Shown: in pieces, positions 36,728-45,703 of the stretch
Numbering within the stretch: the first letter of the stretch is position 1
How the letters are laid out: each line of letters opens with the position of its first letter
NCBI GenBank assembly: GCA_044222065.1
Contig: JBGAOA010000001.1
Coordinates: 32,001-96,000 of the forward strand
Direction of reading: 5' to 3'
DNA length: 64,000 nt
DNA from: Candidatus Eiseniibacteriota bacterium
Lineage (GTDB): Bacteria > Eisenbacteria > RBG-16-71-46
Translations under genes and position numbers: made by a program
The notes under the pieces: generated by a model
Told to the model about the DNA's origin: nothing
Seen by the model: only the letters and a program-made list of their open reading frames with translations
Databases searched by the model: none

Positions 36728-37426
36728 TCAGCGGCCGGCCGCGGAGTCGGCGTTCAGCCGGTCCACGATGCCGACCAGCTCCCAGATGTCGTGGATGTCG
36801 TGGTCGGCGCCCGACTCCTGCGTGCCGAACGTGTCGCCGTAGCGCGCGAACACCGTCTTCATGCCGAGGCTCTTTCCCCCGACGACGTCGCGTTCGGCCC
36901 AGTCGCCGACCATGAGCGAGTTCGCCGGCGCGACCTCGAGACGCTTCAGCACCTCGCGGAACGGCGCCGGGCTGGGCTTGCGCTCCTGCGTGTCGTCGAA
37001 CGTGACGACGGCGTCGAACACGTGCTGCAGCGAGAGCGAACAGAGCCGCAGCCACACCTGCATGCGCGGCGCGTCCGAGACGACGCCGAGCCGGATGCCG
37101 CGCTTCGAGAGCTCGAGCAGCGTCATCTGCACGTGCGGGTAGAGCACGAGCGTGGACTCGCGCGCGCGGCGGTAGGCGACGATGCCGGAGGCGAGGATCT
37201 TCGGATCCACCTGCCCGAACTCGCGCACGAGCAGTTCGTCGAAGACCTTCTGGAACTCGAGCCCGAGCTCCAGGTAGATCGCGTCGATGCGGCGGCGCAG
37301 TTCGTCGCGCGGGATCTTGAGGCCGGCGTCGATCATGCCGTCCATCGCCGCCACGATCGCCGCGTCCTTCATGCGCATGAAGTCGGTGAGCGTGTTGTCG
37401 AGATCGAAGACGATGGCGCGGATCAC
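36728..37426 (-). CDS. HAD-IA family hydrolase
   Basis: IVFDLDNTL (motif I), VVSD, RKPSP, MVGDWAERDV; GTG start 37426. Confidence 0.9.
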   Translation of the reverse strand: MIRAIVFDLDNTLTDFMRMKDAAIVAAMDGMIDAGLKIPRDELRRRIDAIYLELGLEFQKVFDELLVREFGQVDPKILASGIVAYRRARESTLVLYPHVQMTLLELSKRGIRLGVVSDAPRMQVWLRLCSLSLQHVFDAVVTFDDTQERKPSPAPFREVLKRLEVAPANSLMVGDWAERDVVGGKSLGMKTVFARYGDTFGTQESGADHDIHDIWELVGIVDRLNADSAAGR

Positions 37427-37493
37427 GCGCGCTCCCCGGTCGTGCGGTGAGCGGCGCGCGTGAGGCGCCGGCCCGCGAGCGAGACGAACCGAT

Positions 37494-37685
37494 TCACTTC
37501 GTGGACTGGCCGATCGTGCGACCGATGCTGATTTCGCCGTTGTCGATGCGAATGTTGAAGCCGCACGCGGGGTTGTTGCAGACCCAGGCCTTGTAGGTGA
37601 TGGGCGCGCCGTCGCGACCGTAGTCGGACAGCGGAAGGAGGACTCCGTCCTCGCACTTGCAGCAGTCCGGAAAGCGCATTTCCAT
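37494..37685 (-). CDS. Small zinc-ribbon-like protein (63 aa)
   Basis: MEMRFPDCCKCEDGVLLPLSDYG...KAWVCNNPACGF: CxxC...Cx4C; purine-rich RBS. Confidence 0.7.
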   Translation of the reverse strand: MEMRFPDCCKCEDGVLLPLSDYGRDGAPITYKAWVCNNPACGFNIRIDNGEISIGRTIGQSTK

Positions 37686-37819
37686 CCCAAACCCCTCCCC
37701 TCGAGATTCCAGACGAGCCTCGGGGGCGGAGTGTACGCGAGGGGAAGGGAGGGCGAAAAGGGCGCCGCGCGCGGCTCGGGCGCCCGGACGCCGCGGCCCG
37801 AGCGGGCGAAAACGCCCGC

Positions 37820-38545
37820 CTACCGCATCCCGATCCCCGCCGTGATCGGCCACACCGTCACGTTCCCGACCGCGACGTGCTCGGGCGCGGTGCAGATCCA
37901 CGCGACGAGCGACGCGATCTCGCGGGGCTCGAGGTTCTGGTCGCGATCCTTCGACCCGGGCTGGATCGCGCGCCCGGCGGAGTTGATGTTGTGGGGATAG
38001 ACGAGACTCACGCGCACGCGGTTGGGTTTGAGTTCGAGCGCCGCCGACTCGAGCAGTCCGCGCAGGCCCCACTTGCTCGCGGCGTACGCCGCGGAGCCGG
38101 GCTGGCCCGTGAGCGCGCCGAGCGACGCGATGCCGACGACGGTGCCCTTGCGTTGCGCGGTCAGCCACGGGATCGCGGCCTTGAGCGCGAGGAACGCGCC
38201 CTTCAAGTTCAGGTTCAGCAGAGAGTCCCACTGCTGCTCGCTCGTCTCGGCGATGGATGCGCCTGCCCACGTGCCGGCGTTGAGCACGAGGATGTCGAGT
38301 CGTCCCCAGTGCTCGACCGTGGCCTTCACCGCGGCTTCGACCTCGGCCGCCTTCGTCACGTCGGCCGGCGCTGCCATCGCGCGCCCGCCGCCGGCCGAGA
38401 GCTTCGCGACCGCGGCGTCGAGTTCGGCGCCCGGCCGCGCCATGACCGACACCGCGCAGCCCTCGGCGCCGAGCGCGGTGCCGATCGCGAGTCCGAGTCC
38501 GCGGCTGCCGCCCGTGACGAGCGCCACCTGTCCGTCGAGCTTCAT
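37820..38545 (-). CDS. SDR family oxidoreductase
   Basis: VTGGSRGLG, LNAG, YAASK. Confidence 0.9.
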   Translation of the reverse strand: MKLDGQVALVTGGSRGLGLAIGTALGAEGCAVSVMARPGAELDAAVAKLSAGGGRAMAAPADVTKAAEVEAAVKATVEHWGRLDILVLNAGTWAGASIAETSEQQWDSLLNLNLKGAFLALKAAIPWLTAQRKGTVVGIASLGALTGQPGSAAYAASKWGLRGLLESAALELKPNRVRVSLVYPHNINSAGRAIQPGSKDRDQNLEPREIASLVAWICTAPEHVAVGNVTVWPITAGIGMR

Positions 38546-39324
38546 GCGTCCTCCTTCGCGGACGGCTCCGCGAGCAACGGGGTGTGATCCGTCCACGCGC
38601 CTTCGCACGGACGGCCGTCGAGATGCCAGTAGCGCGCGTCGCCGTCGGCGAGATACACGGCCGACGCCGACACGGTCGCCATTCGTCCGTCGTGAATGCA
38701 AACCTCCGGGACGCGGTTCCCGTCGCCGTGCGTGCGCAGCAGCGCGAGCAGTTCGTCCGCGGTCGCGCGCGGATCGCGCGAACCGACGCCGCGCAGCCGC
38801 TCGATCAGCCACGCCGTGCGCGGTTCGCGCGCGTCGTCGAGATCGGCGTGCGTTACGACGTGCCAGCCACGGCCGATCGCGTGGGGCCCGCGCGTGGCGC
38901 CGGGCCCGCCGTAGGCGATCCACGAACCCTCCGGCGCGGCCCACAGCAGCGAGAACGGCGCGTAGCTCGATTCGGTGACGAGCGAGCGCAGCCGCGATGC
39001 CGCGTGACGCGACAGCGTGCCTCCGTCGCCGGGAACGAGCGAGGCGGCGTCGAGCGCGAGCAGTCCGCGCGAGCGCGCGAGCAGCGGCGCGGGGGCGGCG
39101 AGCGCCTCGGCCGGCCGGCGATTCAGCAGCGCGACCGCCGCGCGGCGCTCGCGGATCGCGAGCCAGGTGCCGCCCGCGACCGCGTCGCGGCCGCCGGCCA
39201 CGCGCGGGGACGCGCGCAGCACCTGCGGACCCTCGCTCTTCCGGAGCGGACTCTCGTCGCGGTTCCCCGCGAGGATCACCGACCCCGGACGCACGACGTC
39301 CACGCCGAGCAGGACCGTGCACAT
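38542..39324 (-). CDS. NRDE/TANGO2 family protein
   Basis: N-terminal MCT, AGNRDE, GRDAVAGGTWL, SRGLL. Confidence 0.88.
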   Translation of the reverse strand: MCTVLLGVDVVRPGSVILAGNRDESPLRKSEGPQVLRASPRVAGGRDAVAGGTWLAIRERRAAVALLNRRPAEALAAPAPLLARSRGLLALDAASLVPGDGGTLSRHAASRLRSLVTESSYAPFSLLWAAPEGSWIAYGGPGATRGPHAIGRGWHVVTHADLDDAREPRTAWLIERLRGVGSRDPRATADELLALLRTHGDGNRVPEVCIHDGRMATVSASAVYLADGDARYWHLDGRPCEGAWTDHTPLLAEPSAKEDA

Positions 39325-39512
39325 GCGCGGCACTCTAGTGGCGGGCACGGGCCGGGTCCACGGCGCCGTTCGACACGCTCCGCCGGGCGTTCGTCCCGAC
39401 CCCGGTTCGGCGCGCGAGTCCGTCGTTGTGCCCGACGCGGCCGCACTCCTATTCTTTCCGCTCGCCGGCCGTCCCCCACGGCCGCCTCGAACGTCCGACT
39501 CGCTCTCCCGAC

Positions 39513-41873
39513 ATGAAGAAGACCCTGCTCGCCCTCGCGACACTCGCGTCCCTCGTTTCCCGCCCGGCCTTCGCGGTGCTGGACGTGAACGATCGCGGGC
39601 CCGTGCTCAATCGCGGCAACTTCAACCTGCGCGTCACGAACGCGGGCATCCTCGGGAATCCGTTCCTCGACAAGGGACTCTCGAACGATCCGTCGTTCGA
39701 GTCGCCGCCGGGCTCGGGCTTCGAGCTGCTGAACTACGCCGCGCTGTGGGTCGGCGGCGTTCCCGACGGCGGTTCCGCGCGCGTCTCGGGCGGGCCGCTG
39801 CTCGAGTTCCGGCCCACGCTCGACAGCGCCGACCACGTGTGGCTCGGCGAGTTCGGCCGCCTCGGCTCGAAGCGTTTCTACGACGACGACAACGACGGTC
39901 GAACGGACGAGGAGATCCTCAACAACAAGGACGACGACGGCGACTTCGAGGTGGACGAGGACCTCGGACTCTTCTGCCAGCAGACCGCGACGGCGGACTA
40001 CGTGGACGACCGCCCGGAGGCGGTGCAGTTCGTCTATCCCGGCGGTGAACAGCACCGGCCGCTCGGACTGTCCGTGCACCAGGAGGTCTACGCGTGGGCG
40101 GTGCCGGGCTTCGATCGCGCGGCGGGCGTCACCTACACGATCACGAACCACGGCGACCACGCGGTTCGCGACGTGTACCTCGGCGTGCTCGTGGACGGGG
40201 ACTCGAAGCTGCGCAACGACCGCGCCGGGCACTTGAACGACGTGATGCAGCGTTCGCGTTACTCGCGCACGTACTACGCGGGCTGGGACAGCATCACGCT
40301 CGGCGGCGTGATCCCGTGCCAGCGAAGGCCGTGCCCCCCCGGGTTCCCGTGCTACACGACGCTCGCTCAGTCCTTCCCCGTGATCGGCGACGGCCTGCCG
40401 GGAGCCGAGCTGCCTTACGTCGCGGCGGTCGGCCTGCATCACAAGACCGATCCGATCGCCGGGATCTTCGGCGCGGGGCACCCGTTCGCGCGCGCGCCGC
40501 GCAACGTGAACTTCCGCTACTTCACGTTCGCGAACGGACGCGTGCCGGGCCAGGGCGGGCTCCCCGTCACCGACGTCGATCGCTACGTCGCGATGCAGGG
40601 CGGCTTTCCGCAGGCGAACACGAGCACGCCCGACGACTACGTCGTGCTGGTCTCGTGCGGCCCGTTCCCGCTGATCGAACCCGGCGGCAGCGTGGACTTC
40701 AGCATCGCGCTCATCGCCGGCGCGACGCTCGACAGCATCGCGGTCGAGGCCGGGAACATGGCGATCCTCGAGGACGGCGTGCGCTTCAACCGGCAGCCGG
40801 ACAACTACCGTCAGCCCTGGCCGCGCGACTACGACCGGCGCGAAACCGGGATCAACGGCCACGAGGCGTGCGTCGAGCCGCCGCCCGGGGTCGAGTTCGA
40901 CCTCGATCCCGACTGTCCTCAGAAGTTCGCGAACGAGTTCGACAGCGGCCCCACGCCCGTCCCGCAGCACTACGAACACGGACGCTGCATCTGGACCGAC
41001 GCCGACTGCGACCGCTGCACGGGGAACGACGGCTGGGACACGTTCTTCCGCTGGGCGGATCCCGGCATGCAGCCGCCGCCGCCGTCGTTCCGGCTCGCGC
41101 CGAAGGACCACGCGGTCGAGATCGCGTGGGACAACCGCCCCGAGATCCTGCTGCAGGCGAACCTCGCGGGCGGCAGCGAGACGAAGTTCGTCGGCTACTA
41201 CATCTGGAAGCTGCAGGACTGGCGTGAGCGCGAATCCCTCGTGCCGCCGCGTCCGCGCTGGGCGCTCGTCGCCGCGTTCGCGCTCGACACGCTGCTCGGC
41301 GCGAACCTGCTCTCGGACTACACCGACCCGTCGCTCGACTACGAGCGCATCCTGTACGAGCAGCCGCTCTACCCGGTGGGGCGTTACCGCTACCTGGACC
41401 CGGACGTCCTGAACGGCTTCGATTACCTGTACGTCGTGACCACGGTGTTCGACGTCGCGGTGCGAGACTCGAACGGCTACATCTCGCACCGCATCGCGTA
41501 CGCGCCGATCGCGACCGAGTTCGCGCAGCGTGTCGTACCGCGCACCGAAGCGCGCGCGAGCGGCAACGAGGTGTGGGTCGTGCCGAACCCATTTCGCGCG
41601 AACGCCGATTGGGACCGGCCGAGGACGCTCGGCGACGAACTGACGCGACACATCGACTTCATGGGACTGCCGCGCGCGCGTGTGACGATCAAGATCTGGA
41701 CGGTCGCGGGGGACCTCGTCGCGCAGCTCGACCACGACGGCAGCGGCGGCGACGGCCAGGCCGCGTGGGATCTCGTGTCCCGCAATGGGCAGGACGTGGC
41801 CTCGGGCGTCTACCTGTTCACGGTGGAATCGGCGCTCGGGCACCAGACCGGCCGATTCGTGGTGGTGCGGTGA
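39513..41873 (+). CDS. Large secreted protein with acidic Ca-binding-like motifs and T9SS-like C-terminal domain
   Basis: Signal MKKTLL..AFA; DDDNDGRTDEE..DDDGDFEVDED; CTD VVPNPF...IKIWTVAGDLV...WDLVSRNGQDVASGVYLF...GRFVVVR. Confidence 0.8.
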   Translation: MKKTLLALATLASLVSRPAFAVLDVNDRGPVLNRGNFNLRVTNAGILGNPFLDKGLSNDPSFESPPGSGFELLNYAALWVGGVPDGGSARVSGGPLLEFRPTLDSADHVWLGEFGRLGSKRFYDDDNDGRTDEEILNNKDDDGDFEVDEDLGLFCQQTATADYVDDRPEAVQFVYPGGEQHRPLGLSVHQEVYAWAVPGFDRAAGVTYTITNHGDHAVRDVYLGVLVDGDSKLRNDRAGHLNDVMQRSRYSRTYYAGWDSITLGGVIPCQRRPCPPGFPCYTTLAQSFPVIGDGLPGAELPYVAAVGLHHKTDPIAGIFGAGHPFARAPRNVNFRYFTFANGRVPGQGGLPVTDVDRYVAMQGGFPQANTSTPDDYVVLVSCGPFPLIEPGGSVDFSIALIAGATLDSIAVEAGNMAILEDGVRFNRQPDNYRQPWPRDYDRRETGINGHEACVEPPPGVEFDLDPDCPQKFANEFDSGPTPVPQHYEHGRCIWTDADCDRCTGNDGWDTFFRWADPGMQPPPPSFRLAPKDHAVEIAWDNRPEILLQANLAGGSETKFVGYYIWKLQDWRERESLVPPRPRWALVAAFALDTLLGANLLSDYTDPSLDYERILYEQPLYPVGRYRYLDPDVLNGFDYLYVVTTVFDVAVRDSNGYISHRIAYAPIATEFAQRVVPRTEARASGNEVWVVPNPFRANADWDRPRTLGDELTRHIDFMGLPRARVTIKIWTVAGDLVAQLDHDGSGGDGQAAWDLVSRNGQDVASGVYLFTVESALGHQTGRFVVVR

Positions 41874-43243
41874 GGCTTCGCGCCGTGCGCCGCGTGCCGC
41901 TCGCCGCGCTGCTCGCGATCCTCGCGCTCGCGGGCTGCGGGAAGAAGGCCGAGCAGCTCGTCGCGCCGCCGCCGCCGCCGCCCAGCGTCACGGGAGTGTT
42001 CCCGGTGGCGCGCTCGACGCGCGTGCCCTACGACACCGAGATCTACGTCGAGTTCGGCGAGGCGCTCGACACGACGACCGTGAACACGGACAACATCTTC
42101 CTGAAGCTCGACACGCAACGCTATGCGTTCGAGCCGCGCTACGACGCGGCGCGCAGGCGCCTCACGGTCGTGCCGCTCGCGCCGCTCCGGCTGAGGCGCA
42201 CCTACACGATCGAGATCACGAAGCGCGTGCGCACCGCGAGCGGCCGTGCCCTCGGCGACCCGTTCTTCTGGCAGTTCACGACGACGAGCCTGCGACGGCT
42301 CGAGCATCCGTCGCCCGGGGACGCCGCGACGCACGAGTCGCCGTTCGCGGCGCTCGTGTGGGACAGCACCGAGGCGGAAGCCGGCCTCGTTCAGTACACG
42401 GTCTGGGAGGGGCTCGACTCGGCGACGGTCGCCGCGCGCGGCGCCGACGGTCGGTCGCTCTACGAGTGGTGGTACCTCTCGCGCTCGCGAACGCCGCTCT
42501 CGGCGCGCCGCTTCTGGGCCGTGCGCGCACTCAACCGAGACACCGGCGAGACGGCGGACAGCCCCGTGTGGCGCTACGACGTCGTGCCGCCGGGACTGCC
42601 CGTGGACACGGTGTGGGTGCCTTGCCTGGACTTCGGCTATTTCACTCCGAGCAGCACGGGCGGGCGCAGCGTCTGCCGGGGCGGACCCTGGTCCGGGCCC
42701 GGCTACAACAACGGGCTGTGGTGGCGTATTCCCCAGCGCACGGGCGGCTGGCGGCTCGCGGGACAGGACCTGCTGCTCGCCTACTCGTTCTTCGGCGGCA
42801 CGCAGCTGCCGGGCGTGTCGCTATTCCCGACGAGCGGCGCGTTCGACCCGTGCCGCGTGACGCTACAGTCGCCTGCGCCGACCGCCGCGGAGGCGGCGAG
42901 CGGGCTGAGGGTCGGAACGCGCGACGTGCTGCGCTACCGCTCCGACTACTTCGCCGCGCATCTCGAGGCGTCCGCGCGCTACCACCGCGTGACGGGCTAC
43001 ACGATCGTGTCCACGAACTGGCTCGTGAGCAGCGCGACGACCGGCGTGGACACGACGCGCGGCACGCTGCAGCTCTTCGCCTACCGCCTGCCGCCGGCGG
43101 TGATCGAGGCGAACGAACGGCTCGAGGCCGAATCGTCGGCGCGCCGCGAGGCGGACCGCCTGCGCGGCACCGCGCTCGCGCGCCCCGCGCCCGAGCCCCG
43201 CGCGCGCATCGGCGAACGCCGCGCAGGATTCACCGCGCATTGA
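41870..43243 (+). CDS. Lipoprotein with N-terminal bacterial Ig-like (SbsA/Big_5-type) domain
   Basis: Lipobox LAGC; P.V.GVFP...IYVEFGEALD.TTV...P.APL....YTI...FWQFTT; GTGA overlap. Confidence 0.72.
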   Translation: MRLRAVRRVPLAALLAILALAGCGKKAEQLVAPPPPPPSVTGVFPVARSTRVPYDTEIYVEFGEALDTTTVNTDNIFLKLDTQRYAFEPRYDAARRRLTVVPLAPLRLRRTYTIEITKRVRTASGRALGDPFFWQFTTTSLRRLEHPSPGDAATHESPFAALVWDSTEAEAGLVQYTVWEGLDSATVAARGADGRSLYEWWYLSRSRTPLSARRFWAVRALNRDTGETADSPVWRYDVVPPGLPVDTVWVPCLDFGYFTPSSTGGRSVCRGGPWSGPGYNNGLWWRIPQRTGGWRLAGQDLLLAYSFFGGTQLPGVSLFPTSGAFDPCRVTLQSPAPTAAEAASGLRVGTRDVLRYRSDYFAAHLEASARYHRVTGYTIVSTNWLVSSATTGVDTTRGTLQLFAYRLPPAVIEANERLEAESSARREADRLRGTALARPAPEPRARIGERRAGFTAH

Positions 43244-43300
43244 CGCTCGCCGGGCACAAGCGGCTTGACCCGCGCGCGCCGATGCCTTTCAACTGAGCCG

Positions 43301-44452
43301 ATGCGCCTCTCACTCCCGTCCGTTGCGATCGTCTTCGCGTCCTGCGCGCTCGCCGCGCTCGCCGCCGTCCCCGCCGCGCGCGCGCAGGAGGTGCGCCCGT
43401 GGATCCCACCGTTCGCCGACTCGCTGTCCGCGTGGGGCGCGGAAGCGCGCGCCGCGTTCCAGACCAACAGCGGCGACTCCGTCGGAGGCTCGAACGGCCG
43501 CGCGTACGAACTCGTCGGCCGGATGTCGCGCCGGCTGCTGCGTTCGCTCGGCCGCGCGAACTTCACGCAGGCGGCGGCCGTCGAGGCGATGCTCGACTCG
43601 CTCGGGCTCGACACCGACGTCGTGATGGACCCCGCGCAGAACGCGTTCGCGCTCGTGATGGTCCACAACCCCTACCGGCCGGGAGCGAACGGCATCGGCT
43701 TCCTGCAGTGGTGGAAGGGCAACGACCTCCGCCTGCAGGGCATTCGTTTCGAGGGCGGGCGCGACGCCCGCATGCGCGTGTGGTGGAACGGCACGACGGA
43801 CGCGCCCTACCAGGCGGCGATCGTCGAGGGCCGCCGCGGCGATCCGACGAAGCGCGTGCTCACGGTGCTCGCGCTCCAGCCGAACGGCTCGGCGTGGAAC
43901 GTCGTGCAGCACGAAGGCACGATCGCGCTGCCGCCCGCGACGGCCACCGAGTTCACCGATCTGAACCGCGACGGCAAGCCGGAACTCGTCGTGTGGGGGC
44001 CGACGACGGTGGATTCGACGGTCGTCGGGTGCCGCGAGTGTCCGGGGCTGCTCGGCGAGACGACGTTCACGCTGCGCGACGGCCTGTTCGAGGTGTACGA
44101 CACGCGGCTCATGCCGTCGCCGCTCGCGACGTTCTCGCTGTTCGTGCGGCTGCTCGGCGAGTCGAACCGCGTGGCCGCCTCGCGCCTGTTGCGCGAGCCG
44201 TCGAAGCTCGACGAGGCGATCCGGCTCGGCTTCGGCGCCGCGCGCTCCGGGAGCGCGTGGAAGGTCGAATACGCCGAGGAGCGCCAGAGCTGGCCGCGCT
44301 GGCTCGCGCTGCGCCACCTGGCCGGCAAGGGGCAGCCGCTCTACATCGTGCACTTCACGCAGCGCGACGGGCGCTGGGTCATCCTCGACTGGGCGGTGCC
44401 CGTGAAGGCCGCGCCGCCGCTCGCGCCGCCCGGCGCCAAAGGCAAATCGTGA
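43301..44452 (+). CDS. Hypothetical exported protein (paralog of downstream lipoprotein)
   Basis: Signal peptide ending ARA-Q; DLNRDGKPEL; CRECP; blocks shared with 44449..45585. Confidence 0.7.
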   Translation: MRLSLPSVAIVFASCALAALAAVPAARAQEVRPWIPPFADSLSAWGAEARAAFQTNSGDSVGGSNGRAYELVGRMSRRLLRSLGRANFTQAAAVEAMLDSLGLDTDVVMDPAQNAFALVMVHNPYRPGANGIGFLQWWKGNDLRLQGIRFEGGRDARMRVWWNGTTDAPYQAAIVEGRRGDPTKRVLTVLALQPNGSAWNVVQHEGTIALPPATATEFTDLNRDGKPELVVWGPTTVDSTVVGCRECPGLLGETTFTLRDGLFEVYDTRLMPSPLATFSLFVRLLGESNRVAASRLLREPSKLDEAIRLGFGAARSGSAWKVEYAEERQSWPRWLALRHLAGKGQPLYIVHFTQRDGRWVILDWAVPVKAAPPLAPPGAKGKS

Positions 44453-45585
44453 CGCGGGCCGGCCGCACCGCGCTCGCGGCGTTCGCGCTCGCGGCATTCG
44501 CGCTCGCCGGCTGCTCGCGGCAGCGCTACGAGCCGATCTCGGCGGACTCGACTTCGACCGCGCCGGCCGACTCGTTCGGGCTCGCGATCCGTGCGGCGAC
44601 CGAGGCGTGGGACTCGGGCGTCGCCGAGCGCGCCGCGGAACTCACCGCCGGCCTCGTCGCGCGCGATCTCGAGACGCGCGGCCTCGACGCCACTCCCCAG
44701 TCGTGGGGCGACCGCGCCGAGGCGCTGCTCGACTCGCTCGGCTTCGGCCTCGAGCAGGCGTCGAGCGGAGGCGCCACGGTGGTCAACCTGTTCGCGCGCT
44801 CGAACCCGCAGTCGGGCTCGTGGCCCTACCTCTACTGGAGCGACGGCGAGCACGTGCGATTCCAACGCGTCGAGGGCTCGGGACTGCGGCTCTCGACCGT
44901 GGCCGCGCGCGGGCTCGAATCGCTGCGCGCGGCTCCGCCCGCGAAGCCCGCGGGGAAGGGCGCTGCGAAGGCGTCCGCCCGGGCGGCGCCGGCGCGGCCG
45001 GCGGCGGGCGTGGCGGCGCTGTTCTCGCGCCGCGCCGCGCTCGGCGCGCAGCCGACGCTGCTCGTGTGGCGCGCCGGCGCGAAGGGCGAGTGGACGCTCG
45101 CCCAGTCCCTCGGTCCCGATTCGCTCGGCCGGTTCGGCACCGCCGAGTTCGCGCTCGTCGACAGCGCGACCGAACTCGTCGTGCGCGCCTACGGTCCGAC
45201 GCCGCGCTTCGACGAGTGCGCGACGTGTCCGCACGTCTACTGGACGCGGCACTTCCGCTGGGGGGATGCGGGCTTCACGCGCCTCGACGAGGTGCTCGTG
45301 CCGTCGCCGTACGCGACGTTCGTGAGCTTCGTCACGGCGCTCGCGGTGCGCGACGACGATCTCGCGCGCGCCCGCGTGAGCGATCCGAAGCTCGTCGAGG
45401 AAGCGCTGCGGCTCGGGTTCGCCGAGGCGCGCGGACTGTGGCGCGCGGCGCCCTCCACCGACGAGAGCGCGCGCGACATGGTGTTCCTGCGCGGCAAGCA
45501 GGAGGCCTATCACGTGACGTTCGCGGCCGCCGGCGACGAGTGGGTGATCGACGGCATCGCCGCCACCACGAGCGTGATCGAGTAG
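44449..45585 (+). CDS. Hypothetical lipoprotein (paralog of upstream gene)
   Basis: Lipobox LAGC; CATCP; GTGA overlap. Confidence 0.7.
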   Translation: MTRAGRTALAAFALAAFALAGCSRQRYEPISADSTSTAPADSFGLAIRAATEAWDSGVAERAAELTAGLVARDLETRGLDATPQSWGDRAEALLDSLGFGLEQASSGGATVVNLFARSNPQSGSWPYLYWSDGEHVRFQRVEGSGLRLSTVAARGLESLRAAPPAKPAGKGAAKASARAAPARPAAGVAALFSRRAALGAQPTLLVWRAGAKGEWTLAQSLGPDSLGRFGTAEFALVDSATELVVRAYGPTPRFDECATCPHVYWTRHFRWGDAGFTRLDEVLVPSPYATFVSFVTALAVRDDDLARARVSDPKLVEEALRLGFAEARGLWRAAPSTDESARDMVFLRGKQEAYHVTFAAAGDEWVIDGIAATTSVIE

Positions 45586-45703
45586 CTCCGTCCGCCCTCG
45601 CGGCCCCGAAATCCGCGATTGCCGGCCCACTGCACAGGTGTATACTGCGCGCCCCGCGCCCGACGGAGGCGCCCGCCCGACGCTTCGCTCGAGGCTCGCA
45701 CCG

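Noticed and set aside
44449..45585. CATCPH as a heme c binding site
   Set aside because: The motif is CxxCP, not CxxCH, and the paralog has CRECPG with no His.
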